Shown here piece after piece: positions 48,623 through 57,435 of a stretch of 64,000 bases of DNA. A program made the position numbers and the translations under genes. Each line of letters begins with the position of its first letter. The first letter of the stretch is position 1. The notes beneath the pieces were generated by a model, which saw only the letters and a program-made list of their open reading frames with translations, did not search any database and was not told the origin of the DNA. Source of the DNA: Planctomycetota bacterium. GTDB lineage: Bacteria > Planctomycetota > B15-G4. Where the stretch lies: assembly GCA_965248575.1 (NCBI GenBank), contig CBDFJQ010000002.1, positions 3,936,001 through 4,000,000 on the forward strand. The letters run 5' to 3'.

Positions 48623-48951
48623 GGTGCGCGCTCACCCCGCTGGGGGCTGATCGCAGACCACCGCGGTCAACCTGGGAGGGTCTGGTGTGTTGTCACCAGG
48701 GAAGGGCGCGAAGGGGTTTCCCGCGTCAAAAGCGAAAAAGTCGGCGCACGGGGTATCGAGGGGCGAACGGGCCTTCCCCGCGGCCCATGTCGCAGTCCGG
48801 TTCAGAACCCCATTCCCCCGCTGCAGCGAACCGCACGCCATGCAGGCGCGGGGGGCGGACGGCGTCAAGCTGCCGGAGCACACCTCCGATGAGGGGAGGC
48901 GCGGACGCGGGGGCTCAAGGGCCTCTTCGTCCGACCTGACCGGAGACTCAC

Positions 48952-49995
48952 ATGAGCACCAGCCCTTCCCGCACTCACCACCTGTTGTGGGTGGCGACCC
49001 TGGTCGTCCTGGTGGGGTTCATGCTTCAGGAGCCTGGCTCCGTGGCAAAAGCCGTGAACGCGGAGGGCGCAGGCGCCAGTGAGGCGGCTACCGCGAGCAG
49101 CTCGCCCTCGATCCTCGGCCTGCTCCAGCCTGTTCCCAAGGCGGTGCTCTTGAACCCCAGGCGACGCGAGCTGGGTCGCAAGCTGTTCCACGACGGCAAG
49201 CTGTCCGTCGATGGCAGCATCTCGTGTGCGAGTTGCCATGACCTGGAACGCGGCGGCGCCGATGGTCGCCCCGTGTCGCTGGGCGTCAACGGTCTCCTGG
49301 GGCAGATCAATGCGCCGACCGTCTTCAACTCCGGTTTCAATTTCCGGCAGTTTTGGGACGGGCGTGCGGCCTCGCTCGAAGACCAGGTCGACGGGCCCAT
49401 CACTCATCCTTCGGAGATGGGGTCCGATTGGCAGACGATCCTGGCGAACCTCCAGAGTGACGCGGACTACAGCGATCTGTTCGAAGCGGCCTACGGCGGA
49501 GAGATCAGCCAAGACACGGTCTCCGACGCCATCGCGACCTACGAACGTTCGCTGATCACACCCAACTCCCCCTTTGATCGATTCCTGCGAGGTGAGACCG
49601 ACGCACTGGATGCGCAGGGGCTGCACGGTTATGAGCTGTTCCTCGAACTTGGCTGCGTCACGTGCCACCAGGGCGTGAACATCGGCGGCAACATGTTCCA
49701 GGTGTTCGGTCGCATGCAGTCGTTCTTTGCAGACGACGAGCAGATCAGCTACGCCGACAAGGGGCGCTTCAACATCACCGGCCGCGAAGAGGATCTGCAC
49801 AAGTTCAAGGTGCCCACCTTGCGAAACGTGGCACTGACCGCTCCCTATCTGCACGACGGTTCGGTGGAGACACTGGAGGAGGTCGTGCAGATCATGGCGC
49901 GGCACGAGCTGGGGATGGAACTCACCTCGGATGAGGTGGCCGGCCTGGTGAGCTTCCTGCATGCCCTGACTGGTGAGCAGCCGGAGACGCCATGA
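48952..49995 (+). CDS. Di-haem cytochrome c peroxidase (bCcP/MauG family)
   Basis: CASCH and CVTCH, FWDGRA, FKVPTLRN, PYLHDG. Confidence 0.93.
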   Translation: MSTSPSRTHHLLWVATLVVLVGFMLQEPGSVAKAVNAEGAGASEAATASSSPSILGLLQPVPKAVLLNPRRRELGRKLFHDGKLSVDGSISCASCHDLERGGADGRPVSLGVNGLLGQINAPTVFNSGFNFRQFWDGRAASLEDQVDGPITHPSEMGSDWQTILANLQSDADYSDLFEAAYGGEISQDTVSDAIATYERSLITPNSPFDRFLRGETDALDAQGLHGYELFLELGCVTCHQGVNIGGNMFQVFGRMQSFFADDEQISYADKGRFNITGREEDLHKFKVPTLRNVALTAPYLHDGSVETLEEVVQIMARHELGMELTSDEVAGLVSFLHALTGEQPETP

Positions 49996-52931
49996 GGGGC
50001 AAAGGAGCCCGTCTCGGTTCAGGCCTGGCGATCCTCGCTTTCGCGTGTTCGCTCGCCGTTCTGGTGTGGCCAGAGCGCTCGACGCTCGGCGGCGTGGATG
50101 GCCTGATCCTCGAATTGCGTCAACGGGAAGTCGACCTGAACGAAGAGCTGCTCAAACTGCAGAGCGGCTTGGGGCGTTCCTACGATTCGATGGCCTACCA
50201 GGTCGTTGAGTTGCGCGATGTCCAGATGCGGCTGGGGGACGAGCTCGGGAGCTTGCCGTCCGACATGCGCACTTCGTTGGAACCCATGGTCAAGCGCTAC
50301 TCCTCCCTGGTGGAACAGCGCGAGCTCATCGCCGAGGACTACCCGTCGGCTGACTCCTTGCTCCGCAACTCCACGCGCTTCCTGCCCCGGGCTCTTTCAG
50401 ATTGCTTGAGCAAGCTTCCTCCTGGTGAGGGGACACGGGACCTTGCGGAGCTCTGTGATGAGCTGGAGCAGCAGGTGCTTCGGCATCTCGTCACGGGTGA
50501 CGAGGACACCTTGAAAGCGGCGCACATCGGGTTCTCTGAGTTGGCGTCGGCCGCGGAGCTGGCTGGGCGAACCCGCGAAGTGGGCGTGTTGCTGGCCCAC
50601 TCCAAGACCATCCTGGAAACAAAACCCCATACCGACGAGCTGCTGGTGGCGCTCTTGGATGTTCCAACCCCGGCCCTGCTCCAGGACATGATGGAGCTTT
50701 CACTGGCCCACGGTCGGCAGGAGCTTCACGAGGCATCGAGGCTGCGCCGCCTGCTGGTGGCCCTGGCTGCCGTGCTGGGCCTGTACATCTTCTGGACCGT
50801 CAATCGCTTGCGCCGTACAGCCCATGACCTGGACGAGAGCAACGCGGAGATCAGGGCTCAAAGCGAGTACGTGGAGAGCCTCGTGGGCTCCATGGCCGAC
50901 CCGCTGCTGGTGGTGGACTCCGAGGGAAACCTGAAGCGAGCCAATGGCGAAGCCTGCAACCTCCTGGGGTGGCAGGCGTCCGATCTGGTCGGCCGCTCCT
51001 TCCTGAGCTTCGTCTCCGTGAGCGGTGTGCGCTCGGGCGACGACGCCGAGAGGATGTTGGCGCGCGCCCGGAGTGGCGAGGAAGTGCGCAACGTGAACGC
51101 CGTGTTGTTGGCTCGAGACGACGAGCATGTGCCGGTGACCCTGTCCTGCGCGCATGTGTCGTCAGAGGTCCGCAAGGGCACAGACCTCGTGGTGCTGGCC
51201 CGTGATCAGCGGGAGCTGCTGGCCTTGCACGAAAGCGAGATGGAGTTGGCGGCAGCAGAAGCCTCGCAGCGCGCGTTGGAGCGGCGGCAAGAGGATCTGC
51301 GCAACGCCATGGAGGCAGCCGAGAGCGCCAACTTCGCGAAGGGGCGCTTCCTGGCCAACATGAGCCACGAGCTGCGGACTCCGATGAACGGCATCATCGG
51401 CATGTCAGAGATCATGCTGATGGATGAGGCCTCGGAGGAAGTCCGCGACGGCCTCGAGACGATTCATGCTTCCGCGCTGAGCCTGCTGGGCATCCTCAAC
51501 GACATTCTCGATTTCTCGAAGATCGAAGCGGGCTCCCTGGAGTTGGAGCGCGCCGAGATCGACGCAGTGGAAACCATCAGCCAGGTTGCCGAGTTGCTTG
51601 CACCCCAGGCACGCGAGAAGAAGCTGGCCCTGGGTGTGCTCGTGGCGCCCGGCACCCCGCGTCTCGTCAGCGGCGATCCGTTGCGCTTCCGCCAGGTCGT
51701 GATGAACCTGACAGGCAATGCCGTGAAGTTCACTCAGTCGGGCAGCGTCAGCTTGCGCCTCTGCCTCGGTGAGCAAGGCCGCCTACGGGTGGAGGTGCAG
51801 GACACCGGAATCGGTGTGGACGACGCCGTGAGGGAGAGCATCTTCAGTCCGTTCAGCCAGGCGGATGCTTCCACCACCCGACGCTTCGGCGGCACGGGCC
51901 TCGGCCTGTCCATCTCCGTGCAGCTGGCAGAGATGATGGGCGGGCGCCTTGGGCTCGACAGCGAAGTCGGCAAGGGCAGCACGTTCTGGTTTGAGGTGCC
52001 CGTGCAGGGGCCGGAAGGCGCGCTCGATGATCAGGGTGCGACCGAGTCGAGCGCCGCGCTGGCCCCGAGCGTTCAGAGGCCGGGCCTGGATGGCATGGGG
52101 GTCCTCGTGCTAGGAAGCCGACCGGCTGCCCTGGAGATGTTGCAGGAAGCCCTGGAGTTCGAAGGGGCCGTGGTGGACATCGCCCAGGATGGTGAGGAGA
52201 TACCGACCAGTGAGCTGAGCCGCGCCGATCTCGTGCTCGCAGACGGTGAAGAGCATGAGGCGCGGGCGACACGCTGCGCCGACACCCTGGGCGTGCCCAT
52301 GGTCGTGCTGGAGAATCAACGCCGCAGCGCTTCGGGGCAGCGCAACGGCGCGCGCCTGCATTGGCCCCTGGTGCAACCGATCCTGACGGATCTGGTCCAC
52401 CGGCTCGTCCGCGGCCAAGGCGATGAGGGTCCGACATCCGATCAGAACGAAACGAATTCGAGTCTCTTCCCGAAGGGCACGTCCGTGGAGACGGGGGTTC
52501 AGGGCGGTCGAAAGGACGACTCCCCTGTCCTGCTCAGCCAGTCCACGGGCGGACAGTTCGAAGTGCTGATTGTCGAGGACAACGTCACGAACCAGCGCGT
52601 GGCGCGCCTGCTGCTCGAGAAATGTGGAGTCCAGGCGGTGACGGCGGACAACGGGCAGAGCGCCCTCGACATGTTGGCAGAACGCGACTTCGATCTCGTG
52701 TTCATGGATTGCCAAATGCCGATCCTGGATGGCTACGAGGCCACGCGTCAGTTGCGGGAACGCGAGGGGGAGGCGCGCCATACGATCGTGGTGGCCATGA
52801 CCGCCAACGCCATGAAGGGCGACCGTGAGCGTTGCCTTGTCGAAGGCATGGACGATTACGTCACGAAGCCCTTGAGCCTCGTGGAGCTGCGCAAGGTGAT
52901 GGGGCGCTGGGCCGGGCCCACTCTGGCCTGA
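49992..52931 (+). CDS. Hybrid histidine kinase (DAHL-like sensor, PAS, HisKA, HATPase, REC)
   Basis: MSHELRTPMNG, NAVKFT, GGTGLGL, MDCQMP; ATGA overlap with the peroxidase. Confidence 0.93.
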   Translation: MRGKGARLGSGLAILAFACSLAVLVWPERSTLGGVDGLILELRQREVDLNEELLKLQSGLGRSYDSMAYQVVELRDVQMRLGDELGSLPSDMRTSLEPMVKRYSSLVEQRELIAEDYPSADSLLRNSTRFLPRALSDCLSKLPPGEGTRDLAELCDELEQQVLRHLVTGDEDTLKAAHIGFSELASAAELAGRTREVGVLLAHSKTILETKPHTDELLVALLDVPTPALLQDMMELSLAHGRQELHEASRLRRLLVALAAVLGLYIFWTVNRLRRTAHDLDESNAEIRAQSEYVESLVGSMADPLLVVDSEGNLKRANGEACNLLGWQASDLVGRSFLSFVSVSGVRSGDDAERMLARARSGEEVRNVNAVLLARDDEHVPVTLSCAHVSSEVRKGTDLVVLARDQRELLALHESEMELAAAEASQRALERRQEDLRNAMEAAESANFAKGRFLANMSHELRTPMNGIIGMSEIMLMDEASEEVRDGLETIHASALSLLGILNDILDFSKIEAGSLELERAEIDAVETISQVAELLAPQAREKKLALGVLVAPGTPRLVSGDPLRFRQVVMNLTGNAVKFTQSGSVSLRLCLGEQGRLRVEVQDTGIGVDDAVRESIFSPFSQADASTTRRFGGTGLGLSISVQLAEMMGGRLGLDSEVGKGSTFWFEVPVQGPEGALDDQGATESSAALAPSVQRPGLDGMGVLVLGSRPAALEMLQEALEFEGAVVDIAQDGEEIPTSELSRADLVLADGEEHEARATRCADTLGVPMVVLENQRRSASGQRNGARLHWPLVQPILTDLVHRLVRGQGDEGPTSDQNETNSSLFPKGTSVETGVQGGRKDDSPVLLSQSTGGQFEVLIVEDNVTNQRVARLLLEKCGVQAVTADNGQSALDMLAERDFDLVFMDCQMPILDGYEATRQLREREGEARHTIVVAMTANAMKGDRERCLVEGMDDYVTKPLSLVELRKVMGRWAGPTLA

Positions 52932-52954
52932 GTACCGGCTAGGCCATGCGTCGG

Positions 52955-53671
52955 TTAGACCGAGCGCGTGATGCCGCCGTCCACGCGCAGGTTCTGCCCG
53001 GTGATGTAACCCGCGCCCTCGGACGCGAGGAAGCCGATGACGTCGGCGATCTCCTGGGATTTGCCATAGCGTTGCATTGGGATGCGCTCCCGGAACTCGT
53101 CACGCTCCGGCAGGCTGTCGATGAAGCCCGGCAACACGTTGTTCATACGGATGTTCTCGGCGGCGTAGGTGTCCGAGAACAACTTGGCGTAGCTCGCGAG
53201 GCCGGCGCGGAAGACACCCGAGGTGGGGAAGACGGGGTCGGGCTCGAAGGCCGCGAAGGTGGAGATGTTGATGATCACTCCGGACTTCTGGCGTTGCATG
53301 ATGGGCGTCACCAGTCGCGTGGGCCGGGCGACGTTCAGGAAGTAGACCTCCAGGCCTTGGTGCCAGTCCTCATCAGAGAGCTCCAAGAGCGGGCCTTTCG
53401 GGCCGTGCCCCGCGCTGTTCACGAGCACGTCCACGCGACCCCAAGTCGCCATCGCGTCGTCCACCAGGCGCTGCAGGTCGGCCTGGGATTGATTGGAGCC
53501 CGTGACTCCCAGGCCACCCAGCTGCTTGGCCAGGGCCTCACCCTTGCCGGACGAGGAGAGGATGGCGACGTGAAACCCGTCCGCTGCGAGCTTGCGGGCC
53601 GCAGCCGCTCCCATGCCGCTGCCGCCGGCTGTGACGATGGCGACTCGTTGTTCGCTCACGGTTCCGCTCAT
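52955..53671 (-). CDS. SDR-family oxidoreductase
   Basis: TAGGSGMG, VNSAG, ITGQNLRVDGG. Confidence 0.92.
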   Translation of the reverse strand: MSGTVSEQRVAIVTAGGSGMGAAAARKLAADGFHVAILSSSGKGEALAKQLGGLGVTGSNQSQADLQRLVDDAMATWGRVDVLVNSAGHGPKGPLLELSDEDWHQGLEVYFLNVARPTRLVTPIMQRQKSGVIINISTFAAFEPDPVFPTSGVFRAGLASYAKLFSDTYAAENIRMNNVLPGFIDSLPERDEFRERIPMQRYGKSQEIADVIGFLASEGAGYITGQNLRVDGGITRSV

Positions 53672-53728
53672 GGCGTCGTTCTCGCTGTGGAGGAGGGCGC
53701 GATGGAGCTGCCCTGGATCGCGAGCAGC

Positions 53729-56596
53729 CTACAGCTCGGCCAGGCCGATGCGCGCATCTTCCAGGCCTTGCCTGATGAACAGGATGTTCGTGGGATCGGA
53801 GTCGAGCAGCAGGTCGGCTTCGCCCAGCTCGTCGAAACGTTGGAGTGCGAACTCGTAGTGCTCGCAGGCAAGTTCCCACTGAGCGAGCCCTCGGTGTGCG
53901 TCCGCGCGGAGCGCAGCGCCCACCATGGTCATGCGCTGTGCCCAACGGTCCGTGGGGTCCTGTTGGAGGACCAGGTCGAGTTGGTTGCGGAAGTCGAGGG
54001 CCCGCGCCATGGCTTCGGCGGGGTCGCCGGCTTGCATGGCCACCATGCCCAGCTTCAGGACCGCGAGCGCACGGTGAATGCGCGCGATGAGGTCGTCGGG
54101 AGCATGGGCCAGGACTGCGTCGGCTTCAACCAACGCACGTTCCAAGAGCTCCGTGGCGACCGCCGGCTCACCGCGCGTCACCCGGAACTCTCCGGCATCC
54201 ACGAGAAAGGCCATCAGGTCGCGACGGGCATCGAGGTCTGCGGGATGGCGCAACAGTGCCGATTCCACCCGGTTGATGGCGTCGGCATTGTGGACGACGG
54301 CGGCGTCCCACTCGCCCAGCCGGGCCGACGTGCGCGCCATGTCCTGCTTGACCAGCCAAGCCTCCCGGGCTGCACCCAGGTCGAGGGGGTCGGCCAGCAT
54401 CAGTGATTCGAGGCGCTTCCAAACATCGGCGAACAGCTCAGAGGCTTCACGCTCTCCCCCGGTGGCGCTCAGGATCCGCCCATGAAAGCGCTCGGCCATG
54501 GCCAGGTCGCGCTCGGCGAGAGGGGTGCCCGGCGCGCTCTTGTGCAAAGTGCGAGCGAGGGTCACGGCGTCCGCACCACAACGCTTTGCTTCGTCGAGGT
54601 TGCCTGCTCGCTCGTGCAGTTCGCCGGAAGAGACCAGGACCGCGAGCAGGGGGCGGAAGGCGCGAGGGTTCTTGGGGTCGGCTTGGGCCACGTCGCGCGC
54701 GAGCTGCAGCGCCCGGTTCAGTTCGGTCAAGGACTCGCTGCTGCGGCCCAAGACCCCGAGCACCTCGGCCTTCTCGACGAGAGCTGTGACCAGCAGCGGA
54801 GAGTCGGGTTGCTGTGCAACGCCCAGCTCGTGCACCAACTGTTCTGCTTGCTGAAGGCGGTCGAGAGCGCGGTCTACTCGACCCTGCCGTTGCTCCACCT
54901 TGGCAAGACGCTGGAGTGCCTGGACCCGCGCCTCCGTGAGGTCAACGTCTCCGGGCGTCTGGGCCAGTTGCCGTTCCACGAGCTGGAGATGCTTGGCGTA
55001 GCTCGCGGCGGCTCCCTCTGCATCGCCCAGGCTTGCGCGTGAGGCGCGACCCTGGACATCTCCCATGCGCAGGTAGCCTGCGCTGAGCTCGGCGAGCAGC
55101 GCCTGATCGTCGCCGGCCTCCAGGCTCAAGGCGTCCAGGTAGTGCAGGGACGTCTCCACCAGGCGTGCGCGCGCGCGGGTCGCACCGGGCAGGGCGGCAA
55201 TCTCGTCGTGCAGGCCGTGTAAGAGTTCGCCGGCCAGCGAACGAATCTGATCGAAGCGGCTGACGGCCCGGAACTCGGCGCGTTCGGCGCGGCTGCGGGC
55301 CAGGCCTTCGTCGAGGTAGAGCTGCAGGATGACGACCAGGGATGTGCTGAGGACCACCAGCAGGAGTGCGACACCACCGACCAAGAGCTTGTTGCGCTGA
55401 ACGAAGCGCAGAGAGCGATAGCTGGTGGAGTGGGGGCGGGCGAGCACGGGCAGTTGCGCCCTGTATCGGCGGAGGTCTGCGGCCAAGGCGCCCACCGAGG
55501 CGTAGCGGCGTTCCACGTCCACGCGCAGGGCCGTGGCCAAGATGACGTCCAGGTCGCCCCGGAGTGCATGGCCGAGGCGGGTTGCGTCGGTGTGGCGATG
55601 GGCCGCGCGGTCCTTGGGAGGCAGCGTTCCGTCCAGCTCGCGCCGCACCACCTCGCTGGCAGGGGGCGGTTCCTCGTTCACGGAGGCGGCTCGCTGGACC
55701 AGGCTGGTGCCCCGGTCCGCGTGAGGGGCCACACCCGTCAGCAGCTCGTAGAGCACCACGCCCAGGGAGTAGATGTCCGACGCGGTGCTGACAGGCTCGT
55801 CGCGCAACTGCTCCGGGCTGGCGTATCGAGGAGTGAGAGGACGTGGGCCCTCCAGGGTCCGTTCTCCGGCCTGGCCTGTCTCCGAGAGCAGGCCCGCGAT
55901 GCCGAAGTCCAACAGCCGCGGCTCACCGTCTGGAGTGACGAGCACATTGGCCGGCTTGATGTCGCGGTGGACGACGAGCTGCCCATGGGCATGTTCCACG
56001 GCATCGCAGACCTTCAGGAAGAGGTCGATGCGCTCGTGGATTGCGAGCTCGTGCTCGTCGGCGTGCCGATCGATGGGCGTGCCGTGCACGAGCTCCATGG
56101 CCAGCCAGGGGTGACCGAGCCCGGCCAGCGTGGAGTCGCCCGCCGAGATCTCCTCGGTCCCGCCGTCCAACAGGCGGGCGATGTTCGGATGGTTGAGGCG
56201 CGCCAGGGCATCGCGCTCCACGCCGAAGCGCTTCCGGTAACCCTCACCGAGCAAGCTGGGGTGCAGCAGCTTGACGGCTGCGCTCATGGCGAAGGAACCG
56301 TCGGCGCGTTCGGCGCGGTAGACCGTCCCCATGCCCCCGCTGCCGAGTTGTTCGTGCAAGCGCCAGGGCCCGCATTGCTGCAGCATGCTCGGGGCGGGGA
56401 GTGGGTCCTCCTCAAGCGCGGGTGGGGCCAGGAAATCCGGATCGGAGTGCTCTTCATCGAGCACGGATCGGGCCAGGGACAAGAGCTCGGCATCCCCCTG
56501 ACAGGCCTCAGCCAGCTCGTCGTCGCGGCGCGCTGCGGGCGCTGCCAGGACGCGATCCAGTACGGGGCGCACCCGTGCCCAGACGTCAGCCTTCAT
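53729..56596 (-). CDS. Membrane Ser/Thr kinase with TPR-like C-terminus
   Basis: GSGGMGTVY, AVK, HRDIKPAN, DFG, YASPEQ; TM helix. Confidence 0.95.
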   Translation of the reverse strand: MKADVWARVRPVLDRVLAAPAARRDDELAEACQGDAELLSLARSVLDEEHSDPDFLAPPALEEDPLPAPSMLQQCGPWRLHEQLGSGGMGTVYRAERADGSFAMSAAVKLLHPSLLGEGYRKRFGVERDALARLNHPNIARLLDGGTEEISAGDSTLAGLGHPWLAMELVHGTPIDRHADEHELAIHERIDLFLKVCDAVEHAHGQLVVHRDIKPANVLVTPDGEPRLLDFGIAGLLSETGQAGERTLEGPRPLTPRYASPEQLRDEPVSTASDIYSLGVVLYELLTGVAPHADRGTSLVQRAASVNEEPPPASEVVRRELDGTLPPKDRAAHRHTDATRLGHALRGDLDVILATALRVDVERRYASVGALAADLRRYRAQLPVLARPHSTSYRSLRFVQRNKLLVGGVALLLVVLSTSLVVILQLYLDEGLARSRAERAEFRAVSRFDQIRSLAGELLHGLHDEIAALPGATRARARLVETSLHYLDALSLEAGDDQALLAELSAGYLRMGDVQGRASRASLGDAEGAAASYAKHLQLVERQLAQTPGDVDLTEARVQALQRLAKVEQRQGRVDRALDRLQQAEQLVHELGVAQQPDSPLLVTALVEKAEVLGVLGRSSESLTELNRALQLARDVAQADPKNPRAFRPLLAVLVSSGELHERAGNLDEAKRCGADAVTLARTLHKSAPGTPLAERDLAMAERFHGRILSATGGEREASELFADVWKRLESLMLADPLDLGAAREAWLVKQDMARTSARLGEWDAAVVHNADAINRVESALLRHPADLDARRDLMAFLVDAGEFRVTRGEPAVATELLERALVEADAVLAHAPDDLIARIHRALAVLKLGMVAMQAGDPAEAMARALDFRNQLDLVLQQDPTDRWAQRMTMVGAALRADAHRGLAQWELACEHYEFALQRFDELGEADLLLDSDPTNILFIRQGLEDARIGLAEL

Positions 56597-57203
56597 GGCC
56601 TCGCTCCGGGTCGGTTGGCTCTCCGCGCGGGTCGTCCGGTTCTGACGCGAGGGCGGTGCGCAACCAGATGCGTGCGAGGCGCCAACGCCGCTCCGCGGTG
56701 GAGAGGGAGCAGCCCGCTGCTTCGCAGGTCTCTTCCATGGAGAGACCGCCGAAGAAGCGCAGCTCGATGATGCGCACGAGGTCGGGCTCCTCCTGAGCCA
56801 GGCGTTGCAGGGCCTCCTCGAGGGCAAGCAGGTCCAGGCCGTTGGCTTCGTAGCTTTCGACGGCCACGTCCAGGGGGACGCGCTCGCGATCGCCGCCGCG
56901 CTTGGTGGCGAGCCGCGAGCGGGCGTGATCCACAAGGACGGAGCGCATGGCCCGGGAGGCGAAGCACAGGAAGTGCTCGCGCCCGTTCCAGCTGACCCCC
57001 TTGCTGATCCGCAACCAGGCTTCGTGCACCAAGGCCGTGGGTTGCAGGGTGTGCGCGGCAGACTGGGCGTTCATGTGTTGTCGGGCGATCCGGCGCAACT
57101 CGTCGTAGAGGGCCGCCAGCAGCGGAGCCTCGGCGTCCTGCTCCCCACCGGAGACCCGGCGTAGGAGTTCCGTGGCGTCGGGCGTGTTGGGGGCGGACGA
57201 CAT
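56586..57203 (-). CDS. ECF sigma factor, kinase-associated (TIGR02999/ECF43-like)
   Basis: YDELRRIA, HTLQPTALVHEAW, KRGG, ELRFFGGLS, ARIWL. Confidence 0.93.
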   Translation of the reverse strand: MSSAPNTPDATELLRRVSGGEQDAEAPLLAALYDELRRIARQHMNAQSAAHTLQPTALVHEAWLRISKGVSWNGREHFLCFASRAMRSVLVDHARSRLATKRGGDRERVPLDVAVESYEANGLDLLALEEALQRLAQEEPDLVRIIELRFFGGLSMEETCEAAGCSLSTAERRWRLARIWLRTALASEPDDPRGEPTDPERGHEG

Positions 57204-57435
57204 GCAGGAATCCTACACCGGCCAGGGGGCTGCCCTCCCGCTGAGCGTCGACAGAGCTTTGTCCGAGGATCCGCATACAAGGGAACACGCACTTGGGGGG
57301 CTGCGGCCCTCAGTAGAAACGGGGCTGCTTGAAGGGCTGGGGCCGGTCCTTCCGTTTCCCAGGGTGAAGGCCCAGTGAGAGGCCGATCCCAACTGGGCTT
57401 TTTGGCCCACTCAAGTGTGTTCTTGGAGGACTCAG

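Noticed and set aside
48630..48950. Riboswitch (c-di-GMP-I-like) ahead of the peroxidase
   Set aside because: Only loose GC-rich pairing; conserved loop motifs were not found by eye. An Rfam scan would decide.
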